A DNA stretch of 64,000 nucleotides from an uncultured Acidimicrobiales bacterium (GTDB lineage: Bacteria > Actinomycetota > Acidimicrobiia > Acidimicrobiales > UBA10347): positions 310,001-374,000 of the forward strand of contig CALSSD010000006.1 in assembly GCA_943788915.1 (NCBI GenBank), given 5' to 3'. The position numbers and the translations under genes were made by a program. Positions 19,981 through 29,585 of this stretch are shown piece by piece. Within the stretch, counting starts at the first letter, position 1, and every line of letters begins with the position of its first letter. Under the pieces are notes generated by a model that was given only the letters and a program-made list of their open reading frames with translations, was not told the DNA's origin and did not search any database.

Positions 19981-21911
19981 TGCAGTAGGTCCAATGCTTG
20001 GTCGACGAGATTGTTGACGTTCATGCCCAGTTCATGCATGACGGTGGCGCCGGGAGCACTGGCGCCGAAACGATTGATGCCAACAACTTCGTCGGCATAG
20101 CGGTACCAGCCCTGAGAAACGCCAGCTTCGATCGCGAGCGATGGCAGGTCACGCTTAAGGGTGGCTGCTCGGTAGGTGTCGTCTTGGGACTGGAAGAGAT
20201 TCATGCTGGGCATGGAGACGACTCGGGCTGGTTTGCCTTGGTCCGCAAGTCGGCGAGCGGCTTCGACACACAGCTGGACTTCGCTACCTGAACCCATGAG
20301 GGTGATCACGGCATCGGCCGGGTCACTCAACACGTAACCACCGTTGGCGACGGCGTCGGCGCTGGTGGTATCGAGCACGGGCAGGTCCTGGCGGGATAAC
20401 ACGAGTGCGGTTGGGCCGTCGGTTTCGAGTGCTGCCAGCCACGCACCGGCGCTCTCGTTCGCATCGGCGGGGCGGATCACTGACAGGTCAGGAATCGAAC
20501 GCAAGGCGGCCACATGTTCGATCGGCTGGTGGGTAGGACCGTCCTCGCCGACACCAACAGAGTCGTGAGTGAAGGAGTACACAACCCGGAGTTTGGACAG
20601 TGCTGCCAGCCGTACAGAGGGTCGGCAGTAGTCACTGAACACGAGGAACGTGCCGCCAACGGGAAGTGCGCCACCATGAAGGGCCATGCCGTTCATCACC
20701 GCAGCCATGGCATGCTCGCGGACGCCATAGTAGACCTGGTTTCCGCCCAGGTTGTCGGCCGTTACTTGATCGCCATCGTTGAGTTGCACGCCGGTGTTGC
20801 CAGTGAGGTCAGCGCCGCCGGAAACGAGGCTTGGCCACATTGGTGCGATCGCATTGAGCACCGCATTCGACGATTTGCGAGTGGCGACATTGGCGCCTGG
20901 TTCCCAGGTCGGCAGCGCAGCTTTCCAATCACCGGTGGGTTCACCAGTGAGCATGGCGTCGGGGGTGGGGTTGGCGGCGGCCCAGTCGGCAGCCTTGTGA
21001 GCTCCCCGGCTTCCGGCCTCGCGGTACCAGTCGAGTACTTCGTCGCTTACCTGAAAGGTCTGGGTGGGATCCAACCCGAGCTCTGTCTTGGCTGCGGCAA
21101 TTTCGTCGTCCTTGAACGCGTAACCGTGGGCCGAGGGTGAGTCGGTCAGTGTTGGGCTGGGTGTGCCGATATGGGTTTGCAACACCAGCATCGACGGCTT
21201 GTCGGTGACTTCTTTGGCGGCCAGGATCGCTTCCTCGAGCGCATCGAGGTCGTTGCCGATTTCGCCGAGGTTGACTACATGCCAGCCGTAGGCGGTGAAA
21301 CGAGCAACGGGGTCGTCGGACAGCCAGATGTCGGTCATGCCGTCGATCGATACGCGATTGTCGTCGTAGATGCAGATAAGGCGTCCGAGGCCCAAGTGGC
21401 CAGCAAACGAGGCTGCCTCGTGGCTCACACCTTCGGCGAGGTCTCCGTCGCTACAGATGGTGTAGGTGAAGTGGTCGACGACGTCGGTGCCCAGATGAGC
21501 TCGTTGGCGAGCTTCGGCCATGGCCATACCCACTGAGGTAGCGAAACCCTGCCCAAGAGGACCAGTGGTGATTTCGACGCCAGCAGTGTGGCCGACCTCG
21601 GGGTGGCCAGGCGTGGCACTGCGCCATTGACGGAAGTCCTTGATGTCATCGAGCGTGAGCCCAAAACCACAGAGATGCAGCAGTGAGTACTGCAGGATTG
21701 AAGCGTGTCCTGGGCTCAGAACGAAACGATCCCGGTCTGGCCAGTCGGGTGTCGCTGGATCAAAATCCATGATCCGCGTATAGAGCACATGGGCGAGTGG
21801 AGCCAGTGCCATCGCCGTGCCTTGGTGACCAGACCGGGCGGCGTGGGGTGCGTCCATGGACAGGCCAGCGATAGTCGCTACAGCCTGCTGTTCAATGCTC
21901 GAAGCAGTCAT
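19977..21911 (-). CDS. tkt: Transketolase
   Basis: SGHQG, DRDRFVLS, TPGHPE, TGPLGQG, DGDLAEG, GEDGPTHQP; TAGGGT-N7 before ATG 21911. Confidence 0.96.
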   Translation of the reverse strand: MTASSIEQQAVATIAGLSMDAPHAARSGHQGTAMALAPLAHVLYTRIMDFDPATPDWPDRDRFVLSPGHASILQYSLLHLCGFGLTLDDIKDFRQWRSATPGHPEVGHTAGVEITTGPLGQGFATSVGMAMAEARQRAHLGTDVVDHFTYTICSDGDLAEGVSHEAASFAGHLGLGRLICIYDDNRVSIDGMTDIWLSDDPVARFTAYGWHVVNLGEIGNDLDALEEAILAAKEVTDKPSMLVLQTHIGTPSPTLTDSPSAHGYAFKDDEIAAAKTELGLDPTQTFQVSDEVLDWYREAGSRGAHKAADWAAANPTPDAMLTGEPTGDWKAALPTWEPGANVATRKSSNAVLNAIAPMWPSLVSGGADLTGNTGVQLNDGDQVTADNLGGNQVYYGVREHAMAAVMNGMALHGGALPVGGTFLVFSDYCRPSVRLAALSKLRVVYSFTHDSVGVGEDGPTHQPIEHVAALRSIPDLSVIRPADANESAGAWLAALETDGPTALVLSRQDLPVLDTTSADAVANGGYVLSDPADAVITLMGSGSEVQLCVEAARRLADQGKPARVVSMPSMNLFQSQDDTYRAATLKRDLPSLAIEAGVSQGWYRYADEVVGINRFGASAPGATVMHELGMNVNNLVDQALDLLQ

Positions 21912-21957
21912 GGCGCTCACCCTATATCCAACTAATCAACGTCCGGTGGAAGCCCAA

Positions 21958-22350
21958 TCACTCTGCCTCGGGCGGAAGCAACGTGTACGGCACGGTCACG
22001 ATGTGGCCATCGGTACCGATACGACACTCGGCTTCGATTGTCCCGTACTCTTCGAAGTCGATTTCGCCGCGCACGAGGCGGTAGTCAAACTTGCCCTTGG
22101 GCGTGGATAGCGGTTGCACGTTGCGAGCGATTTGTTCGCCGTCGCGTTTGTACACAACCTCGAGCACCCCAGCTTCGGGCCCGTCCTCGGGGTTGCGAAT
22201 GAGAACCACGAGATGTGGGGCCCACGTGAGAGGCAACGGCGTGGGAGCCGCAGCCGAGAACTGGACTCCGGTTAGATCGATATGGGTGGCAGGTCCTGCG
22301 ACCTGGCGCATATTGATCTCGTCGATGAACAGTGCAGCAATGATTTCCAT
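21958..22350 (-). CDS. Hypothetical beta-rich protein
   Basis: GGAGG SD before ATG 22350; coding-like composition. Confidence 0.75.
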   Translation of the reverse strand: MEIIAALFIDEINMRQVAGPATHIDLTGVQFSAAAPTPLPLTWAPHLVVLIRNPEDGPEAGVLEVVYKRDGEQIARNVQPLSTPKGKFDYRLVRGEIDFEEYGTIEAECRIGTDGHIVTVPYTLLPPEAE

Positions 22351-22411
22351 GAGTGCCTCCGGGTAGTGTGGCGCGGATGCGCACGACCATACCGGCAACA
22401 CGAATCCGCCC

Positions 22412-23056
22412 ATGACGACAACACTCTCTGAAGCGGAATCCAAGCGGTTATTGGCGGGTTATGGGCTGCCAGTGCTCGACGAACGAACTGTCGCCACCGC
22501 TGCAGCTGCAGTCGTAGCTGCCGATGACATGGGTTATCCGTGTGTCCTCAAGCTGTGCGGCGACGCGATTGCACACAAGACCGAACGAAATCTCGTGCGG
22601 CTGTCGCTGGGCACCTCGGCCGATGTCGAACGTTCGGCTCAGGAGCTCCTGGGCCAGGCCACCACAGCCGATGGGCCTGTCGAACTGCTGGTTGCACCCA
22701 TGATCCGGGCCACACGCGAGTTCATCGTGGGCGCTGATCGCTCGGGCGACTTTGGGCCGGTGGTGATGATCGGCGTAGGTGGGATCTTCGCCGAGGTGCT
22801 CGAGGACGTTGTCTTTCGCCTTCTACCAGCCGACGAACGAGAACTGGATGCGATGCTTGACGACTTGGACACCCAGGCAATGCTCGGCGAGTTTCGTGGT
22901 GAACCAGCCGTGGACCGGGCACAACTTCTTGCGGTCGTGCAGGCGGTCGGTAACGCCATGATCGACCGCCACGACATCGAGTCGATCGATATCAATCCGG
23001 TACTTATCGCCGATGGCAACGCCATCGCTGTTGACGCCCTGGTGGCGCTCGTATGA
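22412..23056 (+). CDS. ADP-forming acyl/acetate-CoA ligase, ATP-grasp subunit
   Basis: LSEAESKRLL, GYPCVLK, AHKTE, FGPVVMIGVGG, DINPV, AVDAL. Confidence 0.9.
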   Translation: MTTTLSEAESKRLLAGYGLPVLDERTVATAAAAVVAADDMGYPCVLKLCGDAIAHKTERNLVRLSLGTSADVERSAQELLGQATTADGPVELLVAPMIRATREFIVGADRSGDFGPVVMIGVGGIFAEVLEDVVFRLLPADERELDAMLDDLDTQAMLGEFRGEPAVDRAQLLAVVQAVGNAMIDRHDIESIDINPVLIADGNAIAVDALVALV

Positions 23057-24544
23057 CGAGCGATAAGCAACTGACGAGCGATCTTCAACGTGTACCTCTG
23101 GAGCCTCTCTTCGAGCCAGCAGGCGTGGTGGTGGCGGGAGCCTCATCACATCCCGGCAAGTTCGGTTTCGCGGTGCTGCACAACATCATCACCTGCGGCT
23201 ATCAGGGGCGTATCTTCGCAACCAACCGTAACGGTGGGACCCTGCTCGGTATCGACTGCCTCACGTCAGTTGCCGACGTTCCAGCCGGCCAAGCGGACTT
23301 GGTCTACGTGTGTGTCCCTGCGTCGGCCGTCGCCGATGTACTTCGCGACGCTGCGTCTGTTGGTATTCGAGCAGCGTTCATCGCGTCAAGCGGATTCGGC
23401 GAAGGAAACGACGAAGCGGGTGCAGCCCACGGCGCCGAACTCGTTGTATTGGCCGAAGAACTGGGCATGGCGATCGCCGGGCCGAACGGCCAAGGTCTCG
23501 TGTCGACACCGGCTTCGTTATGTGCGCAGTTTGTTGGTCCGTTTCCGCCAGCCGGTGGTGTCTCGATCGTGAGCCAGTCAGGGAACTTGGCGTCTGGTGC
23601 AATGAACTATGCGGCGGCAAGCGGTGTGGGCGTTGCCCGTGCGATCAGCGCTGGCAACGCGACCTGCTTGGGCGTCGACGATTACATCGGCTGGTTGGCT
23701 GATGATCCTGCTACCACAGCAATCGTGGCATATATCGAAGGGGTGGCCGATGCCCGACGTTTCTACGAAACGGTCAAACGGGCCACAACCCACAAACCGG
23801 TAGTAGTCGTCAAGGGCGGCACCAGCGACGAAGGCGCCCGGGCAGCGGCAAGCCACACCGGTTCGTTGGCGACGAATGACAGGATCTTCGACGGAATGTT
23901 GCGCCAAGCAGGGGTCTGGCGTTCACCGGATATCGGCGCAGCGTTCGGGGGCCGCTGCGGCACTCGCGGTGCACGAACCCATGCGTGGCCCCAACGTTGC
24001 CTTCCTCACAACGGCTGGTGGTTGGGGTGTACTTACGGCGGATGCGATGGCAGATTCGCCGGTGCGACTGATGGATCTTCCCGATGATCTGATGGACTCA
24101 CTCGACCAGGTCATGCCACCTCGCTGGAGCAAGGGCAACCCCATCGACGTTGCTGGCGGCGAAACCCGAGACACCATTCCCGACGCGCTTCATTTGATCG
24201 CGGCTCACCCGTCTGTTGACGGCGTGCTCATGTTAGGTATGGGAATCCAGAGCAACACGGCTGCGCTGATGCGCCGCGGCCAGTTCAGCGATTTCGAGGA
24301 CATCGATCGCATCTGCTCGTTCCACGAACGCCAGGACAGGCGGTACGCGGAAGCGATCGTCGAAGCGAGCGCAGCGGCCGGCACGCCGATTCTGGCGGCC
24401 ACTGAGTTGGCGTTGTCGAATCCAGAGAACCCGGGTCCAGCCACGCTGCGCGAACACGGACATCCGTGCTACACGTCCCCGGCCGAAGCGGTTGCAGCCT
24501 TCTCCGCGTTATATGCCCGAGGCAAACACTTGCGTCTGCCATGA
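23053..24544 (+). CDS. ADP-forming acyl/acetate-CoA ligase, CoA-binding subunit; frameshift at G5 run 23947-23951
   Basis: GASSHPGKFG, GPNGQG, SQSG, SHTGSLA (phospho-His), then TTAGGWG and NPIDVAG in the next frame. Confidence 0.88.
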
Positions 24545-24557
24545 AGTCGTGGCTGCT

Positions 24558-26005
24558 ATGAAGACGTGGTTGCGCTACGCCGGGCGATTTGTGGTGCCAG
24601 CACTGTTGCTGGCTGGAGCCGTGGGTGCGTGGCTGGCGGCCGACACTCTGGGTTCGGTGACCCACACAGCGGCCTCAGGCACACCCGCACGAGGCGCTGC
24701 AAGTAACGACCTGACCACGCCGGTCTTGTCCGTGCGGCGCGTCCCAGACTTCGCAACCGGTGCATCACAACAGGCTTCCTTTGCCTTGGCGATTGCATCG
24801 TTGCCCCCAGAGCCAGGGGGACTGTCGTGTGTGTCGGTGTTGGTTGATGGTGTGCCGGTCTTTGAGCGGCGCAGCGATCGAGCCTTGGTGCCGTCGTACG
24901 CACAACTCCTGGTCACTGGGCACGCGGCGATGGACATTCTTGGACCCGATTTTCGTTATGAAACCCAGGTTCTGGCGTCTGCGGCACCGGACCTTAATGG
25001 CCGTATCTTCGATGGCATCTATCTCCTCGGTGGCGGAGACCCTGTGCTCATGTCGTACAACTACGCACTGGTCTTTCGTCCAGCGTTGAGCACTCGTACC
25101 TCGATCGAGGACTTGGCAGCAGACGTGGCCGAAGCCGGAGTGGTTCGGATCGATGGGGGAGTGATCGCCATAGAGCGTCGCTATGACGACCAACGGTCTT
25201 TGCCAGGATGGCCAGCAGCCCTTACTGAATCTGGTGTCGTTGGTCCGCTCACCGCGCTGCAACTCGACGACGGTTTTGCCGAACGAGCGGCGGCAAACAG
25301 AGGCATAGCGATTCCCTCTGAACAGCCGGCGGTCCTGACTGCCGAGCGGTTTGCTGATCGGCTCAACGACCTCGACGTTCAGGTCTTCGGCACTTAATCG
25401 AGTGCTCGAAGCCGATGAAGAACTGCCGAGTCTCGTGCCAGTTGCGCAAATCTCATCAGCTCCGATGTCAGACATCGTCTTTCAAATGTTCGCCGTCAAT
25501 GACGCGACTGCTGGTGAGCTGATTCTGAAAGAACTGGGCGTCGCCACCAGCGCCGAAGGATCAACCCAGGCCGGCGCACGAGCGGTCCAACAGCTTCTGC
25601 AGGATCAAGGTGTGGATCTTCCCGTCCCGTTTCGCGACGGAAGTGGTCTGGATCCGATTGGTGGCACAACGTGCAACCAGCTCGCAGCCACGGCGGACAC
25701 GATCCCCGATGACCACCCGACGATCGAGGTCCTACCGGACTATCGCTTACCCGGCGTGTTCGGAGGGAGACTGGCGCACCTCGATCTCCAGGCCGACCTA
25801 AGGCTGGTCGGAGGCGTGCAAGGTAACGCAAGCGGCTTCGTCGCACGTACGGTCGACGATGGCGTGCGTTATCACCATCTCGTCCATTATCAATCGACCT
25901 GGCGGCCCGTCGGCAAACGATTTGGTTTATCAAGAAGCGCTCGTTGAGATGGTCGACCAGCTTCGACCGTCGATTAACTTCAATGGAGTGGAGCCTGACC
26001 AATGA
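24558..26005 (+). CDS. Peptidase S13 (DacB/PBP4)-like protein, catalytic motifs degenerate; frameshifts near 25390 and 25868
   Basis: LGPDFRYET, YLLGGGDPVL, GELILKELG, DGSGL; third frame ends at TGA 26003-26005. Confidence 0.78.
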
Positions 26006-26020
26006 GATGAACTCATCGAG

Positions 26021-26638
26021 TTGCCGATGTTTCCCCTCGGGTCGGTTCTCCTGCCCGGCGGCGTTTTGCCGCTACACATCTTTGAAGTTCGCTATCAGCA
26101 GCTGCTTAACCACGCACTCGAGACCGACCGAAGGTTCGGTGTTGTGCTCATAACCCGGGGCTCCGAGGTGGGCGGAGGCGAGGTGCGCGCAGATATCGGC
26201 ACAATCGCTCACATCGATGAGTACCAGCGGTTCGATGATGGTCGCGCCGCGGTGGTTTCTCATGGAACGGGCCGCTTCGAGGCTGTCGAGTGGCTCACTG
26301 ACGATCCGTATCCGCGCGCCCTCGTCCGTGAACTCGAGATCGAACCCGAGGGCCGGAATGACCGCGACCTGCTTCGCACAGCACGTGGCCGGTTCGACGC
26401 ACTTATCGAGCTGGGTCAACGTTTGGGCCGGCTCGAATCGGGTCACGACATCGCGTGGCTCCCTGATCTCGACGATGCGACGTGGCAGTTGGCTGGTCAA
26501 TCGCCCTGCAGCGCTCTTGATCACTACACGATTCTGTCGGCGCCAACTCGGGCAGAACGTCTCGAACACATCGATCGCCTACTCAGCGAGGTCTACACCG
26601 ATCTCGAACTCATGGGCGGGCTAGATAGTTCCTCCTAA
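26021..26638 (+). CDS. LON substrate-binding (LON N-terminal) domain protein
   Basis: PMFPLGSVLLPG, LHIFEVRY, FGVVLI.RGSEVGG; true start may be ATG 26002 with an indel. Confidence 0.88.
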   Translation: MPMFPLGSVLLPGGVLPLHIFEVRYQQLLNHALETDRRFGVVLITRGSEVGGGEVRADIGTIAHIDEYQRFDDGRAAVVSHGTGRFEAVEWLTDDPYPRALVRELEIEPEGRNDRDLLRTARGRFDALIELGQRLGRLESGHDIAWLPDLDDATWQLAGQSPCSALDHYTILSAPTRAERLEHIDRLLSEVYTDLELMGGLDSSS

Positions 26639-26690
26639 GATCGGCACTGGCCGATGAGACCACTAGGCTTTGGCCACTCAGGAGCAGTAC

Positions 26691-27065
26691 ATGGCTGATA
26701 ATGACAAGACCAAGGTCCAGGACTCGAACGGCACCTTTGGTGAACTCAAGTTGATGGTCACCGACTACGCGAAGCAACAAACTGTCGAACCGCTAAAGAA
26801 CCTTGGCAAATGGGCCGCGTTCGGTGTTGTCGGCGGCGTCATGCTTACGATCGGCGCCTTCCTCACCGGCCTTGGGTTCCTCCGGCTCTTCCAGAAGTTT
26901 TCATTTCTGTCCGAAACCTGCGATGTCGGTGGAGTCGCCACCACATGTGACACCACATGGACGTTTGTGCCATACCTGATGGTGTTCGCGTTGCTGGTCG
27001 CTGCTGCCGGTGCATGCTTCGCCGCAATGATGAAGACACCCGAATGGATGGATGACGACGCATGA
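26691..27065 (+). CDS. Two-TM membrane protein (phage-holin-like/YqjE-like)
   Basis: AGGAG SD; DYAKQQTVEPLKNLG followed by two TM helices. Confidence 0.7.
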   Translation: MADNDKTKVQDSNGTFGELKLMVTDYAKQQTVEPLKNLGKWAAFGVVGGVMLTIGAFLTGLGFLRLFQKFSFLSETCDVGGVATTCDTTWTFVPYLMVFALLVAAAGACFAAMMKTPEWMDDDA

Positions 27066-27262
27066 CTGAGATCACTCCCGACGATCTTCAGAAGAAGTTC
27101 GGACAGCTCAAGGACGAGCTCGAGAACGTCGCTGGTGCTGCCCGCAGCACTGCGCAAAAAGTTGGGGTTGTGGCCGGTGTTGTGCTGGTACTCCTTGCCT
27201 TCTTTCTCGGTTCGAAGCGCGGCAAGGCGGGCAAGACCATCGTCGAAGTCCGACGCCTCTGA
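27062..27262 (+). CDS. Small single-TM protein
   Basis: ATGA overlap; ITPDDLQKKF, C-terminal TM helix and basic tail. Confidence 0.75.
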   Translation: MTEITPDDLQKKFGQLKDELENVAGAARSTAQKVGVVAGVVLVLLAFFLGSKRGKAGKTIVEVRRL

Positions 27263-27271
27263 TCGCTCATT

Positions 27272-27619
27272 GTGGGCATTCGAAAGTCTCTAAAACCGAG
27301 CGTCATGCTTCGTCGCAAAGCGCTCCGGTCGGGCGTATTCGGCGGCGATCGCACCTGGTTGCGGGTCTTTATCACCATGTTTCTCTGGAGACGGATCAAG
27401 GCACTGTTCGGCTTCGGCGATCCACAACCGGTCTTGGTCGAAGAAGCCCGACCTGGTGAACGATTTGTTGTTGCACACGAGGACAACAAGCAGAGCCGCC
27501 GAAAGCGCCGCAAGCTAGACAAGAAGGCGGCCAAGAAGGCCGACAAGCAGGCGGCGAAGACCGCAAAGAAAACAGCGAAGAAAACAGCAAAAAAGACCGC
27601 CACAAAGACGCGCAAGTAG
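27272..27619 (+). CDS. Basic protein with histone H1-like AKKT tail
   Basis: KKAAKKADKQAAKTAKKTAKKTAKKTATKTRK. Confidence 0.65.
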   Translation: MGIRKSLKPSVMLRRKALRSGVFGGDRTWLRVFITMFLWRRIKALFGFGDPQPVLVEEARPGERFVVAHEDNKQSRRKRRKLDKKAAKKADKQAAKTAKKTAKKTAKKTATKTRK

Positions 27620-27625
27620 ACCTAC

Positions 27626-27826
27626 ATGAAGATCGAACTCCGTAACCCGACGCGCACGCTCGAAATCGCCGGGGCGATGAGCGTTCAAAAACTGCTGAAC
27701 AAGCTCGACGTGAACAGCGCCTCTGTGTTGGTCATCTGTGATGGCACCCTGGTGCCGACCGACGCGTTTCTTCACGACGACGCCGTTGTCGAGATCCGCA
27801 ACGTCATTTCTGGCGGTGCCGGATGA
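27626..27826 (+). CDS. ttuB: MoaD/ThiS-family sulfur carrier (TtuB-like), C-terminus GG-AG
   Basis: 66 aa beta-grasp pattern ending VEIRNVISGGAG; coupled to the ttuA-like gene. Confidence 0.82.
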   Translation: MKIELRNPTRTLEIAGAMSVQKLLNKLDVNSASVLVICDGTLVPTDAFLHDDAVVEIRNVISGGAG

Positions 27827-28761
27827 AGTGTCGTGTCTGTCGTGGTTCTGCGGTCATCGATCTGAAGCGTCATAACGCCAACTTCTGCGGCGAACACTTC
27901 CTTCGGTTCTGTCATCAGCAGGTCGAGAAGGCTATTAGCGAATTCGACATGTGTGAACCAGGCGACAAGGTCCTTGTTGCCGTGAGTGGTGGCAAGGACA
28001 GCCTGGCCGTATGGGACATACTGAACAACCTGGGTTACGAGGCCGACGGCCTGTATATCGGGCTTGGTATCGACGACTACAGCGATCCGTCCGGTGAATT
28101 CGCCAAGGCATTTGCTGCCGAGCGCGATCTGAAACTGACAGTGGTCGACATCGTCGAGGAATACGGCTACGACGTGCCCAACGGCAGCCGAGCCGCCCGC
28201 CGTGCCCCCTGTTCCGCATGTGGCATGTCCAAACGACACATCTTCGACCGGGTCGCGCTCGAAGGGGGCTACGACGTTCTTGTCACTGGCCACAATCTCG
28301 ACGACGAGGCAGCGGTGCTATTTGGCAATGTGCTGCATTGGCAGACCGACTATCTGGCCCGTCAGCACCCGGTATTGCCGGCGCGCAACGGGCTTCCCCG
28401 CAAGGTCAAACCTCTTGTCCGTCTCGACGAACGAGAGATGGCCGCGTACTGCGTGATCGCAGGAATCGACTACATGCTTGACGAGTGCCCAATGGCTGCG
28501 GGCAATAAACACCTTCGGTACAAGGACGCCTTGAACTCGATCGAGGCAGCATCGCCTGGTTCAAAACAGGCATTTTTCCACAAGTTCTTAAGCCAGGGAG
28601 CCCCGTTCTTTGCGGAAGCGGCGCAAGAGTTACGAGATGAACTCGGCTCATGCGAGACCTGCGGCTCGCCAACCCCCAACGAGATCTGTGCGTTCTGCCG
28701 GCTGGTAGAGCGCGCCGGCGGCAGACCAGTGCCTGTCGAACTGACTGCGAGACCCCTATGA
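27823..28761 (+). CDS. ttuA: TtuA/Ncs6-type tRNA 2-thiolase (TIGR00269-like)
   Basis: MKCRVC...CGEHF Zn finger, SGGKDS PP-loop, CSAC, TGHNLDD, ECP, C-terminal CETC...CAFC. Confidence 0.9.
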   Translation: MKCRVCRGSAVIDLKRHNANFCGEHFLRFCHQQVEKAISEFDMCEPGDKVLVAVSGGKDSLAVWDILNNLGYEADGLYIGLGIDDYSDPSGEFAKAFAAERDLKLTVVDIVEEYGYDVPNGSRAARRAPCSACGMSKRHIFDRVALEGGYDVLVTGHNLDDEAAVLFGNVLHWQTDYLARQHPVLPARNGLPRKVKPLVRLDEREMAAYCVIAGIDYMLDECPMAAGNKHLRYKDALNSIEAASPGSKQAFFHKFLSQGAPFFAEAAQELRDELGSCETCGSPTPNEICAFCRLVERAGGRPVPVELTARPL

Positions 28762-29585
28762 CTGAACCCGAAGCTCTGACCGAACCCGAAGCTGTAACAC
28801 CGGCCCGTCCGCTGCAGGTTGGTGAGTTGATCATGTTGATTGACCGCAAAGAGCGCCGTTACCTCACCACTCTGGTCGAAGGCGGCGAGTTTCACTCACA
28901 TGCAGGAGCGGTCCCTCACGAAGACATGATTGGCCGGGCCGAGGGCCAGGAGTTCCGGACCGGCAAGAATGCCGCGTATCTGGTCGTGCGGCCGACCCTG
29001 TCTGACTTCATCTTGAAGATGAAACGAGGCGCGCAGGTGATCTACCCCAAGGATCTGGGGCCGATCCTGATGCAAGCCGACATATGCCCCGGCGCTCGAG
29101 TTCTCGAATCAGGTCTTGGCTCGGGTGCACTGTCGATGACACTTCTTCGGGCCGGTGCCGACATCACGGGGTATGAGATTCGCGAAGATTTCGCGGCCCA
29201 AGCCACGGCCAACGTCACTGAATTTATGGGCGAAGGTGTTCTCGAACGTTACGACGTTCATATTCGCAGCGCGTATGAGCCCTTTGAGCACACTGACTTC
29301 GACCGGGTAGTGCTGGACCTCCCCGAACCTTGGAGCGTGGTGCCCCACGCCGCCAATGCCTTGGCTAGCGGTGGCATCATTCTGGCGTACACACCAAGCA
29401 TTATTCAGGCGACGACATTCCGATCCGCATTGCAGAAGCATGGTTTTGGCATGGCTGAGACCATGGAGGTTTTGAACCGCAGCTGGCACATCGAGCCGGA
29501 GCACAACGCAGTGCGTCCTGATCACCGGATGGTGGCCCACACCGGCTTTCTCACTACTGCTCGCAAGCTCGCTACGCAGGCGTAG
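28758..29585 (+). CDS. trmI: tRNA (adenine58-N1)-methyltransferase
   Basis: [44 protein letters not shown]. Confidence 0.95.
   Translation: MTEPEALTEPEAVTPARPLQVGELIMLIDRKERRYLTTLVEGGEFHSHAGAVPHEDMIGRAEGQEFRTGKNAAYLVVRPTLSDFILKMKRGAQVIYPKDLGPILMQADICPGARVLESGLGSGALSMTLLRAGADITGYEIREDFAAQATANVTEFMGEGVLERYDVHIRSAYEPFEHTDFDRVVLDLPEPWSVVPHAANALASGGIILAYTPSIIQATTFRSALQKHGFGMAETMEVLNRSWHIEPEHNAVRPDHRMVAHTGFLTTARKLATQA

Noticed and set aside
26691..27065. Holin-like gene as a prophage sign
   Set aside because: No phage, integrase or lysin genes nearby; this family is chromosomal in Actinobacteria
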